A stretch of 64,000 nt of DNA from Selaginella moellendorffii (lineage: Eukaryota > Plantae > Lycopodiophyta): contig NW_003314282.1 of NCBI RefSeq assembly GCF_000143415.4, forward strand, positions 1,879,374 through 1,943,373, given 5' to 3'. Shown here in pieces: positions 11,450 through 22,900 of this stretch. Below the pieces are notes generated by a model. That model was not told the origin of the DNA and ran no database searches. It saw only the letters and a list, made by a program, of their open reading frames with translations. How positions within the stretch are numbered: position 1 is the stretch's first letter; each line of letters starts with the position of its first letter. The position numbers and the translations under genes were made by a program.

Positions 11450-14400
11450 GGATTGGCATGCATCTGAGCGAGTAGAATGGCGGCTTTATTACGACCGGAT
11501 GCAGTACAGTGGTCAAAATAGACACTGGAAGCGTCATATTGACATGCAACGCTGGGGAACTATGCTTACAAACCGGCTATCCCGTTCCAAAAGACCGCGG
11601 ATGAGGTTTTCAAGCAGGCTAATTTCCATGGACGCTGTGATGGTGATGCCTTTTTGAATACAAAAAGCTAGAACCTATCACAAGGAGATCAATGTACATG
11701 GAATCAACTTCAACTGTACTATCGCTGCGATTGCCAGGGATGTGAAGGAGGAATTGTCTGGCTTGACTCCTTATTCTAGTACATGCTTAACAACCTGGAC
11801 AAGTACTGGCCAGACTCAAGCTTGACGTCGTCAGACCGCCTTGCCATCTTCCTGTCCCTACTCACGGCTAATCTGCAAGTGATCCTCCAGATAGCTGCTT
11901 TCCTTCAAATCCAAGAATGGATGCAAGCAGCCGCTATTGAGGTGGCAAAAAAACCAGCCAACCCGGATCTGGAGTTCATCCCGCATGGACAGACTAAGAT
12001 GAACATATGCAAGTTCATCCCTGTCCAGCAGTACAAATCCCTAACGTCTTCATGACGCGACGGTAGCGAAAGCAATGGAGCTTTCTCACCTACACGACGG
12101 CCTCACAACGCACGCCGGCAAGGTCTCGAGGCTTACCACCAAATCGGAAACGTGATCATCTCGACGGACAAACATCCACGGGACTGACATCACAGGAGAC
12201 GGGCACACCACCATCAACCTCCAAGATGTCCGAGGCCAATGCAAGCTCGAACAAACAGAGGCTACATAAAAGGTTTGGTGCAAGAAAGCAACGATAAATA
12301 AATTTCTGTTTTCTCATTCCATGATTGGTAGCAAATGAAAGTGCTCTCGTGATTGCTTCCACAGTGTACTCTACACTACATCCATCATTTGGCCGGACGA
12401 AAATGGCTGGTCAAAGAGGGAATGGAGTGCGAACGAAAATTCGTACACCTCTGATATATTAGTGCTGGATTCGAGAGGATCAGTATCCGCACTCTCATGA
12501 GGGAGTGTTTGGAAATGATTGGCCTAGATGCAGAACTCCTGGATCCCATCGTATTTGGCTGGAGATATGAACCCCAGATCAAACACGACTTCTATAAACC
12601 CAAAGAGGTTTTCAGTAACTGGGACCCTTGGTTTGCGAATGCAAACGATGGCCATGGGTGACTTACCTCAATGAGACTGGACATGTGCAAACATTGGATC
12701 CAAAGATCCTTGGCTCATGCATACTCACGACTGTCATCGAGAAAGGCCTCAATCACATCACCCTAAAACCACTCCAGACAGCAAAAATCATTGCTGAATT
12801 TTGTGAAGCCTGGGATCGGATTGCCAGTATGATTCCCGATGTCTACATCTGTAACTGGCCAAGCAACGAAGCTGCTGTTAAACAGCATATTAACTACCGG
12901 GTCCGAATGGCAGTACAAAATTGCCAGACCACCCCAACTGTAGATGTGATGACCACCCCCGAGGCAAGATGGCAACTGGAGTGGGTGCATAAACACTTGT
13001 ACATCAGTGGCGCAGATAAAGCGGCCAACACACCCACCTTCTTTTGCAAAACATTAGCCCATGAGGAAGCGCTTGCGCGGATGAATAGCGATGACTTTTC
13101 GCTCGTAGTCTCGGACAATAATGTCCCTGAGACGCCTGAGCAAGTTGTAAAACAACTGCTTGGTGAACCACCCCTATAGGAATTCCCACCGCAACAACCA
13201 GATCTCCCTTACCTCATGGGAATCTATAAAGCGCACAAGAATAAAATGCGTTGGTTAACAAATGTGGACGAATGTGTCTTCTCTGAAATCACAATCTGCC
13301 TAACGGCTATCCTAAAAGGGGTACAGGAGGCGCTACAAAACGTAGCTGATGATTTCTATGCACGGGCAAAATTCTTTGGAGGGAAAACGAATGCATGCTG
13401 GATCCTTGGATCCACACAAGAGTTCGCGATTAATCTTCCCGACAGAATCACCACGATCTATACAGGAGATATTACGAAGTGCTATGAGGCCATCCCCCTT
13501 GAGGGAGATCAAGGCCTCACGACGGCCATGACAAACCTTGTCAATTTCGCATTCACGCACCAAAACCACCTCCAAAAAGACCTTTTTCTGATTCAAAAGA
13601 GGAACGGCGAGCTTGAGGCTGAATGGAAACCTCTACGCCACTCATCAGCAAAGGCTACCAGAATGGATCCAACAAAAGTTATCGAGCTAAATCACTTTAT
13701 CATCCGGAACACATATGTCCAGCTTGGTAACAGAGTATGGAGACAAGTCCAAGGGATTCCTATGGGCTTCTCGTGCTTGCCTTTGTGGTGTAACCTGTAC
13801 CTATTCTATTTCAAGTATAACTTTATCACTTGACTTGCTCATTTAGGCCGGTACAATCTGCTGCGCCTATTCAAACACACTTTCCGGTACATGGACGATC
13901 TGGTGTCAATGAATAACCCCATGATCTTCCGATTCCTTGACCCTGATCAAGTCGAATCCGAAGGAAATCCGTTCTGGATATATCCATTACGATTCCTTGC
14001 CATGCAAAATGAGATGGATAATCCATTCATAGGCACGGATGGCTCGCTCGTGAATCTGTCTGCTCACTTCTTGAGCCTTCAGATCCAGATCATATGGGTT
14101 GATGGCACCTTCTTAACCACAAAATATGACAAATGCCGATCACTTTCATTCAAAGTCTGGCTGTATATTCATCGAGATTCAAATTGACCCGTTGCAAACT
14201 CATCCAAAGTAATCCTGGGACAAGTCCTTGCACTTTTCTATCTGATTAACACTGTCGGTGGTATCATCCTCGAGATTGATAATCTCGTTGAATGCTTCGT
14301 GGAAAAAGGATTCCATCGCTATGCATTGAGACGACTCATCCTTAGTGGTCTGGATTGTATTATTCTCACAAGCCCCCTGACACCGGTGCAAGCAGTCGTG

Positions 14401-14475
14401 GACATTCTCTTTGACATCTGGAGAGAGCCGGCCAATCGCCCACTGCAACTCGACGACTCAGCAAACTCAAGCTGA
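11450..14475 (+). mobile_element. Penelope-like retroelement reverse transcriptase (Naiad/Chlamys-like motifs), decayed; no GIY-YIG endonuclease recognised
   Basis: In-frame ORF chain 12628-13179, 13216-13833, 13891-14187 continuing to TGA at 14473-14475. Motifs: CxC..GHVQTLD..KGLNH, ADKAANTPTFFCK, GDITKCYEAIP, RQVQGIPMG, FRYMDD, IYP, AHFLSLQI, TTKYDK. Confidence 0.8.
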
Positions 14476-14987
14476 GCACCAGGAACTCTGTCTTCTAGAC
14501 AGGACTATCCATCACTTTAGCATCATATCGAAACATAATAGATTCGATATTTATGCCTTTTTGGACTGTGAACAACAAAAGAATTAGTTCCCCAAAACTT
14601 ACCATGCAGTCGTTGGTTATGCGCTGAACTAAAATGCATAGGCACACCATTGACTACAACTGTGTTTTGATTAATAAATGAAAATGCAACACAAGTTGCT
14701 GCTTTCTCATTCTGAGACAAATTCCACGCTTAATCACAAAAAGGTCTTCTTTAAAAATAATTTTTAAGGAAACCTTGCTTATAGAAAACTCTGTTTTCCC
14801 CATGGATAAACTAATGGGACACATGAGTAGACGTGGCATGGTAAAAAACAAAACCTTGGATTCCTCATAGAATCTCACGCGAAGAAACACGCCGTATGGA
14901 TAGGCAAACCTAATTACAAGCTATAGCTATTCAACTTCATGGCCGCGGGTGCTGGATTTTCTCACACCAAAAGGTATCAAGCGACGG

Positions 14988-15013
14988 GAAAAACCCTAAC
15001 GTTAGGGTTTTTC
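14988..15013. promoter_or_regulatory. Perfect 26-bp palindrome made of two opposed telo-boxes
   Basis: GAAAAACCCTAAC|GTTAGGGTTTTTC; AAACCCTA is the plant telo-box. Function not shown. Confidence 0.5.
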
Positions 15014-15955
15014 GCTTGCATCCGCCGCCGCCGCATTCTCCAGGAGCACATCCACAAGCAAAGCAAGGTTGGGCTGCTGCAAGGCTGTGCGCTAGCACAA
15101 CCACGCACATTTCTCGCCCATTCCAGGATCAATAGCTGCTTCGTTGTGCACTACAAGAATGAGCAGCGCCAACAAAGTGTTTGCTTGGGAATAGCTCAAA
15201 ACGAGCTCACACCCACTACTAAGGTCGCGAGGAGTCTCACTACCACTTTCTTGGCTACGCAAAAACAGGTACATCCAATTCGTTCTTTGCGTTTTTCTTC
15301 AACCCTGGCTTGTAGGAACTATTCTTGGCCAGATCGCCAGACTCTAGCGCCACAGCAACACAAGGGGCTTGCATTGACTCTGCCCAGGTGGTGCTTTTGC
15401 ATCGACTGTTCCAGCATCTAATCATCCCCTCAGAAAAAAGACGGGATGACAGCGACTGGACCAAACGGCAAGATCCATGAGGCAATGGACAGTGATCAGG
15501 TTGAGCATGTTCCTTAGCTCTAGTCTCTGGAAGTCACTTCTGATGTGCGGCCCGGACATGTACCTGAGTACATTGGCTCGCGAGCATCAGTCGTGCAAAT
15601 CTCAGTTCATTCTTGAATCCTAGCTTTGTACTTTCACAAAAGAATGAGAGATAGAGATAGTGGAGATTGCATTACTAATCCTCGTCTTCCATGATACAGG
15701 TACCCCCTGGCCACCCAAACTGTAGAAGGTGACATAGGAATTGCTTAGGGAAATTGTTTTGGTCGTGGTCGGTACCGGGTTACCAGGTGGATGATCCTAC
15801 GCCTCGGATGAATGTACCGAAAATGGCCTAGTTGATCTGCTTAACCAAAAATACCCGCGAGGGACAGTCGTGCCAGGGTGTGATACCTGGCTGCCGATAC
15901 AAAATGCCACATGATCCATCCCTACTTTCCCACCGTACCGGATATGGACTGATGT

Positions 15956-16500
15956 GTGGTTTTCCAGGATTTTTGGCTACCCGAGATGATGGAGTACATG
16001 AACACTGATGATTTTGTGGCTCCCATCTCGGCAGTGCAGTACTTCTTACTGCTGTTAGCCGCAAAGAAACCTGAGCGCTTACGTGAAATCTTTACATATG
16101 AGAAAAAGATTGTAGACAAGCTGCTCACAGTGCCGGAATCAGAGGCGGTTGGCGAGAACAAGTGATACCTCTGCCTCTTCCAGCAGGTTGAAACCAAAGA
16201 ATGGTGGCGCCTAGTCTGGACACTCCTTACAAATCGAGTCAATGATAACTAGGCTCTACTACGACGGTGGATGGCAGACATGGAAAAAGAACTCATTAAT
16301 TTCTCTTCCGCCGAACCAAGGATTACTTGGAAAATGCTCTAGTGGTCCCAAGAGTACAATCGAGTTATAGGGTATAAAGGCTCATATGGGAAGGGCATTG
16401 ATCTGGGGAAACCACAGATCGACCTTAGTAATGGTTTTGAGTTCTTGAGCCAAAACGCACGGACGCTCATGATTGGACTCATCCCGTCATGCGGGGACTT
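15956..16500 (+). pseudogene. Decayed ORF, probably the N-terminal part of the PLE ORF
   Basis: One frame stays open over ~180 codons apart from isolated TGA/TAG stops. It ends ...IPSCGDL, which joins in frame to LDWHASERVEW at 11448. Confidence 0.5.
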
Positions 16501-19500
16501 GGGCACTAAGTTCTAGTTATTATAATTTGTGCTAAGGTTGTCCATGGCCCTATCATTTGGCTACCTTATCGCTCCCTCTCTTGGAGCTTCCACTTTTGCC
16601 AAATCGGAGCAATTAGGAATCTATCCTTGGAAACACTTTGCTTTTCCCACAATTCGTTAGCCCCCAACACATTAAAGTTTTTGGCTTAACTTTGCTTTTT
16701 GGATTCTTTCCCATGGTTCTCATGGCTTTTTTCTTAGCCATTAGTCTTTTGCTCCTATCCTTTGATAGTTGCACCTAACAACATAGGATTGCTACCTTCA
16801 TTCTCGAGGTATCCTTTCGGTTCCATAGCAAAAACTTTGCTTGCCAAGTCAAGAGAGTATGTCTCTTTAGCATTTTCTGCTGTGAGCTTTATTCATAGCC
16901 CAATTTAGTGACCCTCCCATGGGTCTCTTATAGAGACTACTTTCCTCGGACTCACTATGCCATTGCATTGACACAATTTATTTTCTTATGTGCCCTTCCC
17001 ACTTAGTCACCTTGACCAAGCCACACCATTATCAATAGTTCAAATCAACACTTTGAAATAGGAACCTTATTCCTTAACCAACCAAGGACTTTGTCTTTGC
17101 TTAGCCACAAGATCATCTGATGATCCCCCCTTGGCACTTCAATAGATTACCAAAAGGTACTTGGTCTTCTAGACCTTTAAGTTGTTGACCACGATCCTGA
17201 GGGCATACCCCACACTTGGTGGTGCGGCCAAGCTAGCCCTTTCAGCTAAGGATCTATAGCAACTAAGACTGGGTGTCCCCATCTCATTCACCACGTCCTT
17301 GGTGCCACTTGCACCAAAGTGTTCAAGTTAGATATACCGAGCTTTCACACTAAGCAATTTAACTGTGCATCACGACTCCGAGGCATCCCTCATTTGGCGG
17401 TGTGCCCAAACCAGTCTCCTCATTGAGAGTCCATAACCATCGAAAAATGAGTGTCCTCATATTCCAAACCATCACCACGCCTTAGTGATTTGGGACTCAA
17501 ACCCAAGCACTAGAGGGTCGGTGTGAGACACAAAACCCCTAGGCCCCAAAGTGGAGCCGAAAGGGTGCCACGTGGTAGTGGCTGAAGCGAAAGCCAAACA
17601 AACGTAACACATTTGGATTGAAAGATTCGACCTGAAAAGTTGAGAGTGGGAGTGGAACTCCTAACAAAGTGCTCGAGGAACAAGCATGAAGCGAGCAATA
17701 AGCAAGGCTCCAAAAGGGGACCCAAAAGGACCAACACATGACACATGGAAGTGTCTGAGATGGACTCGAGTTGGAGTCCGAGGTGGAGTCTGAGATGGAG
17801 TCCAAGATGGACCGAGATAGAGTCCGAGATGGAGTCCAAGATGGACTGAGACAGAGTCCGAGATGGAGTCCGAGATGGACCGAGACGGAGTTCGAGATGG
17901 AGTCCGAGAGGGATCTGAGATGGAGTCCGAGATGGACCGAGATGGAGTCCAAGATGGACCTGAGATGGAGTCCAAGATGGACCAAGACAGAGTCCGAGAT
18001 GGAGTCCGAGATGGACCAAGACGGAGTCTGAGATGGAGTCCGAAAGGGATCCGAGATGGAGTCCGAGATGGACCGAGACGGAGTCCGAGATGGACCCGAG
18101 ATGGAGTTCGAGATGGACCCGAGATGGAGTCCGAGATGGACCCAAGATGGAGTCCGAGATGGACCGAGACGGAGTCCGAGATGGAGTCCGAAATGGACCC
18201 GAGATGGAATCCGAGATGGAGTCCGAGAAGGACCCGAGATGGAGTCCGAGGTCGAGACCGAGACCGGGACCGAGACCGAGACCAAGACCGAGATCAGGAC
18301 CAAGACTAAGACCGAGACCGAGCCCGAGTCCGAATCCGAGTCCAAGTCCGAGTCCGAGTCCGAGATTTGAGTCTGAGAAGGTGAAAGCCCAAAGCGTTCG
18401 TCTCCCAAACCCTAGGGGGTTTGGTGAGCTTCAAAAGTATAGTAAGGGGGAGGACTCCAATGGAGCCAGTTTGGCCAGGAAAGGCCAGTTTGGCATAAGA
18501 AGGCTAGACCCAGTGTTGGGTAATGATCTAACCATTGGGAAGTCCAAGATTAGAGTGAATACGGACTGACAAACGGGGTAGCTTGGTGAAGTGTTCAAGA
18601 GCCGGCTCTAGTACCCCCGGGAAATCGACTGGCTGATGCTCCCAGTCCAAGTGTGGGTGGCACTACCCACTTGGATACCTGGCATGGCTCAATGGAACCT
18701 CGCTCTAAGCCCATGGCTAGAGCACCTAAAGGTGAAAGGTGGGGAGAGTACCCACGGGGCTCGTGTAGGGCCACGGTGTTCCGAAATGTTGTCCTGAAGT
18801 CCCAAACTGGGGAAAGGAGGAGGAACAATCCTCTAGTGTAGTGACTAAGGATACGGTCACATGGTGAGGAAGTCCCAGAGGACAATGGGACTTAGTGGCC
18901 GGGCTTGCGGGCCTTGATCTAATGGCAGTGTTAGCGAACATGGCTATGGACAGAAAAAGGACTTACTAAGAACTAATAAAGGGATATTGGGGAAGGATAT
19001 TCCCCATGTTTATGGGCATCCTAAGGATGCTAAGGAGTGGATCTGGGAAGACCACTCGTGGACGGATGGCCCAGTCTTGGAGAGACGGGACTGTGATGCA
19101 AGTGGTATTGGACCACCAGTGCAGCAAAGGTGAATGGGCATGGCCTTAATGTAACGGGCTGAATTGTTAGTGGTACCTTTAGGTGTCGGTCATGGGACTA
19201 GACACGTGGAGCACTTGGACCAAGTGCAACGGTTGAGCGGCACGGATGCCATTCTTAGGGCTAACAAGTCCCCAAGTCCGGAATAGGACTTATGGAGGTT
19301 GTGAGTGAGACTCCTCCAAGTGGTTAGAGGTGTGGTTAAGTGACTAAGTAGAATGGAAAATTTAGTCGCTTACAGTCGGGACTCAAACCCAACCTTCGTA
19401 TATGCATCTACAGATGGCATCGTCTGAGATGCCTGGCATGACTCCCCATGCCAGTGCACTAACTTATACTTAAAGCGCACTATAGATCACAGCTTAGCAA

Positions 19501-19507
19501 CCTAGTT
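16498..19507. repeat. Direct duplication copy 2, left part
   Basis: Matches 7261-10180; interrupted by the DNA transposon. Confidence 0.92.
17522..19374 (+). mobile_element. Solo LTR (copy 2)
   Basis: TG..CA ends; perfect 5-bp TSD GTCGG (17517-17521 and 19375-19379). Confidence 0.92.
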
Positions 19508-19925
19508 AAGCTCTATTTCGTTAAAGTGGGAATTGTCATTATCCCACTTGTAAAATAAGGTTTCCAAACCTTTATATAGTATATAAATATAACAAAATTC
19601 AACTGCATTGAGGCACATGCCATTTTATTTTAAACAAGGAAATGTCTACTCAATCACTTCTCACTGCTTCACCTCTCTCTTTTCCTTGTCATTGTCATCC
19701 AATTTCTTTCCATCCTTTTAATATTGGCTCAATTGCTCCGAGTCTAGGTGGAGCCCAAGTCCCCATTCAATCTTTACTTTCCCCTTATTAATAAAACAAC
19801 TTCGTAGACTTCCAATAACATGCTGTAAATGCAAATCCTCTCAAAGAATTGTCTTTTAATATTAATACAATGGCATGGAACCCCATGCCATAATAAGTTA
19901 CATTTTTAAATAAATACATGCCATC

Positions 19926-22900
19926 TCAGACTATTATTTTTTGCCTCCAACGCCTATACAATAATCTTGGAATTTCATCACTCTCCACACTATCAGGATT
20001 TAAACCCAATAGTAATGCCATCTCTTCTCTAATACGTCCACGCTCATGTTCAGTGGTCGAAGAACCCATCCGGTTGAGCAGATTATGGAGATGCGGATAG
20101 TGCTTGGCTAGACAATATACATGCCATAAATGATGACTGGTGTCTGTCCGATCAAATGGCTTCTGATATACCATTCCATCTGCCATTTGGTTGATTTCTG
20201 CAGCCACCTCCTGGACTGGCCGGTTCTCTATCACCATCGCTTCAAGCCGTTTTGCAAGGTCCCCCAAAACATACGGTTTCTTCTCCCTAGTTTCCATACT
20301 GCAAGAGATGGGGTGCACTGCATATGTGTGCGTGTTCGCTGCAGTTTTAATCGGCGAGTCATCGATGATGAGGATTTCACTTGACCTAGCAGTCCGGTTC
20401 ATCACTACAGCCTCTGCCTTGACGAAGATGGGCTTGCTACCCCTCACATGGACCATAGTCAAGCAATCCTCTTGCGTTAGGAGAAAGTCAAATGGTAATA
20501 TTACTCGCGTTTGATCGTGCATCATCTGTAGCAACGTTAATGCATTGTGGCGCATCATGGATGTCCAAACTCCCAATTGCAAATTGAACCCGGCCCTCTG
20601 TTTTAAGTGTCGCATGGTCATTATTACATCCCGCAGTTTCTCCCGTGTGATTAATGTGAATCTGTCTCTTTTGACCAACTTACAACCGCAGGCTTTGGAG
20701 GGTGCAGTGACATTCGAGGACGAGCCACGCTCATGGGAGAAAAGGACACCGTTCAGATCAAAAACGATACAGTACTTTCGCCGTGACTCTGAAATGAAAT
20801 GCGTCAGCATAAAAAATGGTACAAGTCAATTTTACCATCTACAATATTAGCGAATGGTGCTCCCGATGGTCGTTCAGAGGGTTTTGGTCGAGGAAACGTG
20901 AAGGGCGGAAATACTCTCCTCTGCAATGTGGGGTCAATCGCATCCGATGGCGTGTGGGCACATGCCATTTCAGCTGTAGACTCTGGTACAACTGGCTCAA
21001 CAGTGGCATGGGGTGGTTCCGATGGCGTGTGATCACACGCCATTTCAGCTGGTGCCTCCGTTGGCAAAGTGGACATGACCGAACAGGCAGCAGGGGCGGT
21101 GTAGGGAGGTTCCAATGGCGTGTAGTCAGACGATTGGGCACACGTTGGAAATGAGGATACGACCGGCTCGGCGGCTGGGGCGGCCTCATGCGGGTCCAAT
21201 GGCACCTGGTCACCGTCAGTTGGATACGTGGACAAGATTGACTCAGTGGTATGGGCAGCATCAAGTGGAGCGTGGTCAGCTTGCTTGGCGTTGATATGGA
21301 TAGTAGCCTCCACCACCTCTGATGACTCTTGCAGGCAAGTAGAGTCCACTGGCGGATCCATATGCATGTCCAAATATCTCCCTTCGATTGAGATGGTATC
21401 CTCCCGTGCTACTAAAAACAAACTCATTAGCACATTGAATCGACTATACTGTATTTACCATCAACTGCTATTGAGGAACTAGGACCGATATCACTTGGGC
21501 GCACTGCTGATTCTGAAGGATTGGACATACGTTTCGACCCTTGCTTGGCACTATCCTTCCTCGACACTAAAGGCTAGAGTTTGTATCTTAATTCAACTGA
21601 ATAATCTCTACTTACCATTTCTTCTGCGACCTACATGGACAATGTTAGAAATGGTAAAAGGTTAGGAATGGATGTACTATTATTTACCTGATGGTTTGTC
21701 TTGTATGACCTTCCTCTGCTGCTCTTTGGCCACCTCAGGCTGGCCATCGTCGTCATCATCGTCATCGTCGTTATTGTGATCGTCACCATTGTGAGGACCA
21801 TCCAAGTCCTCTTCGTCCTCCTCTTCTTCGTCCTCCTCTTCTTTGTCCTCCTCTTCGTCCTTCTGCTCTTCCTGCTCATTATCTTTCTCTGGCTCCTCAT
21901 CCCCCTCTTGCATTTCTTCCATAGGCTGCTTAGGCTGGATTGCTTGTTTTTCCAGGACCATCTTGGAAAAATCATCTGGCCGAGTCTCCATCTCAAAATA
22001 CAAGACATCCATAGCCTGTTTTAGTGCGTGACCTAGGACCGTATCCTCACCCGACTGTCTTAACATGGTTTCTGCACGTTCTTGCACCCTTCGAAGACGA
22101 CGAGATGAGAAAAACGTGGCCCTGACTTGAAAAGCATCCCTCATCCATTGTACCTCTCCATTGAGATTGGGGAAGGGGAGTCCGCCATAGGAATCTGAGT
22201 CAGAAGGTGGTGACTGGCTCCTTTCACTCAGCCCTTGATCTGCAATGAATGGCATGAGCACACACGCCATAACCGCGAGGCATTACCTATCATCTTTTCG
22301 TTGCCCTTCTTCCTTTTCGAATCAAACGCCTCTGATCCCGACGACTGTCCAACGTGCTTTCGCTTTTTATGACCACTGTCAGTTTGAGCTTGGCTGGTGC
22401 TTGCCTGTTTTGCCTTTGAAGAAGTGTCTCCTGCAAGGAATGGCATGAGACCACACGCCATTGCAAATATAATTTGTACCTCCTTTTTTCCTATTGCTTG
22501 TCTATTTGTCCTTCTTCGACGCGCCACCAGTGCGCTTTTCAGTCCTCGTGTCTGAATATTCACAACGATCTATAATCAAAATGGCGTGAGGCCTCACGTG
22601 ACCTTACCTTGTGCAGGTTGTGACCTCGGCCTAACATCAGTAGCTGTTAACGCCGTTTCAGCATCTGGGGGTGGCCACGCTCCTGCATACAGAGCTTGTG
22701 AGATAACATTTAAACTTAAAGTGCGTACTCACCAGGTTCGTAGAGAAGATACTGTTTTTCTTTGGCAACTGTAATTATATGCTCCATTGAAGTCACCTCT
22801 TCAATGGAGTTTGTCACCGCAACACACGGGACACCCTTGAGTAGTGCGGCTCGAAAGAATAGTCCGCCGCAGTTGTACTCGACAACGCATTTGCCCTTGG

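Noticed and set aside
14476-14940. Hammerhead ribozyme expected near PLE ends
   Set aside because: No CTGANGA...GAAA core with supporting stems was found by eye; a covariance-model search is needed.
14939-15421. 160-aa ORF MAAGAGFSH..
   Set aside because: No recognisable domain; it overlaps the telo-box palindrome and is probably UTR.
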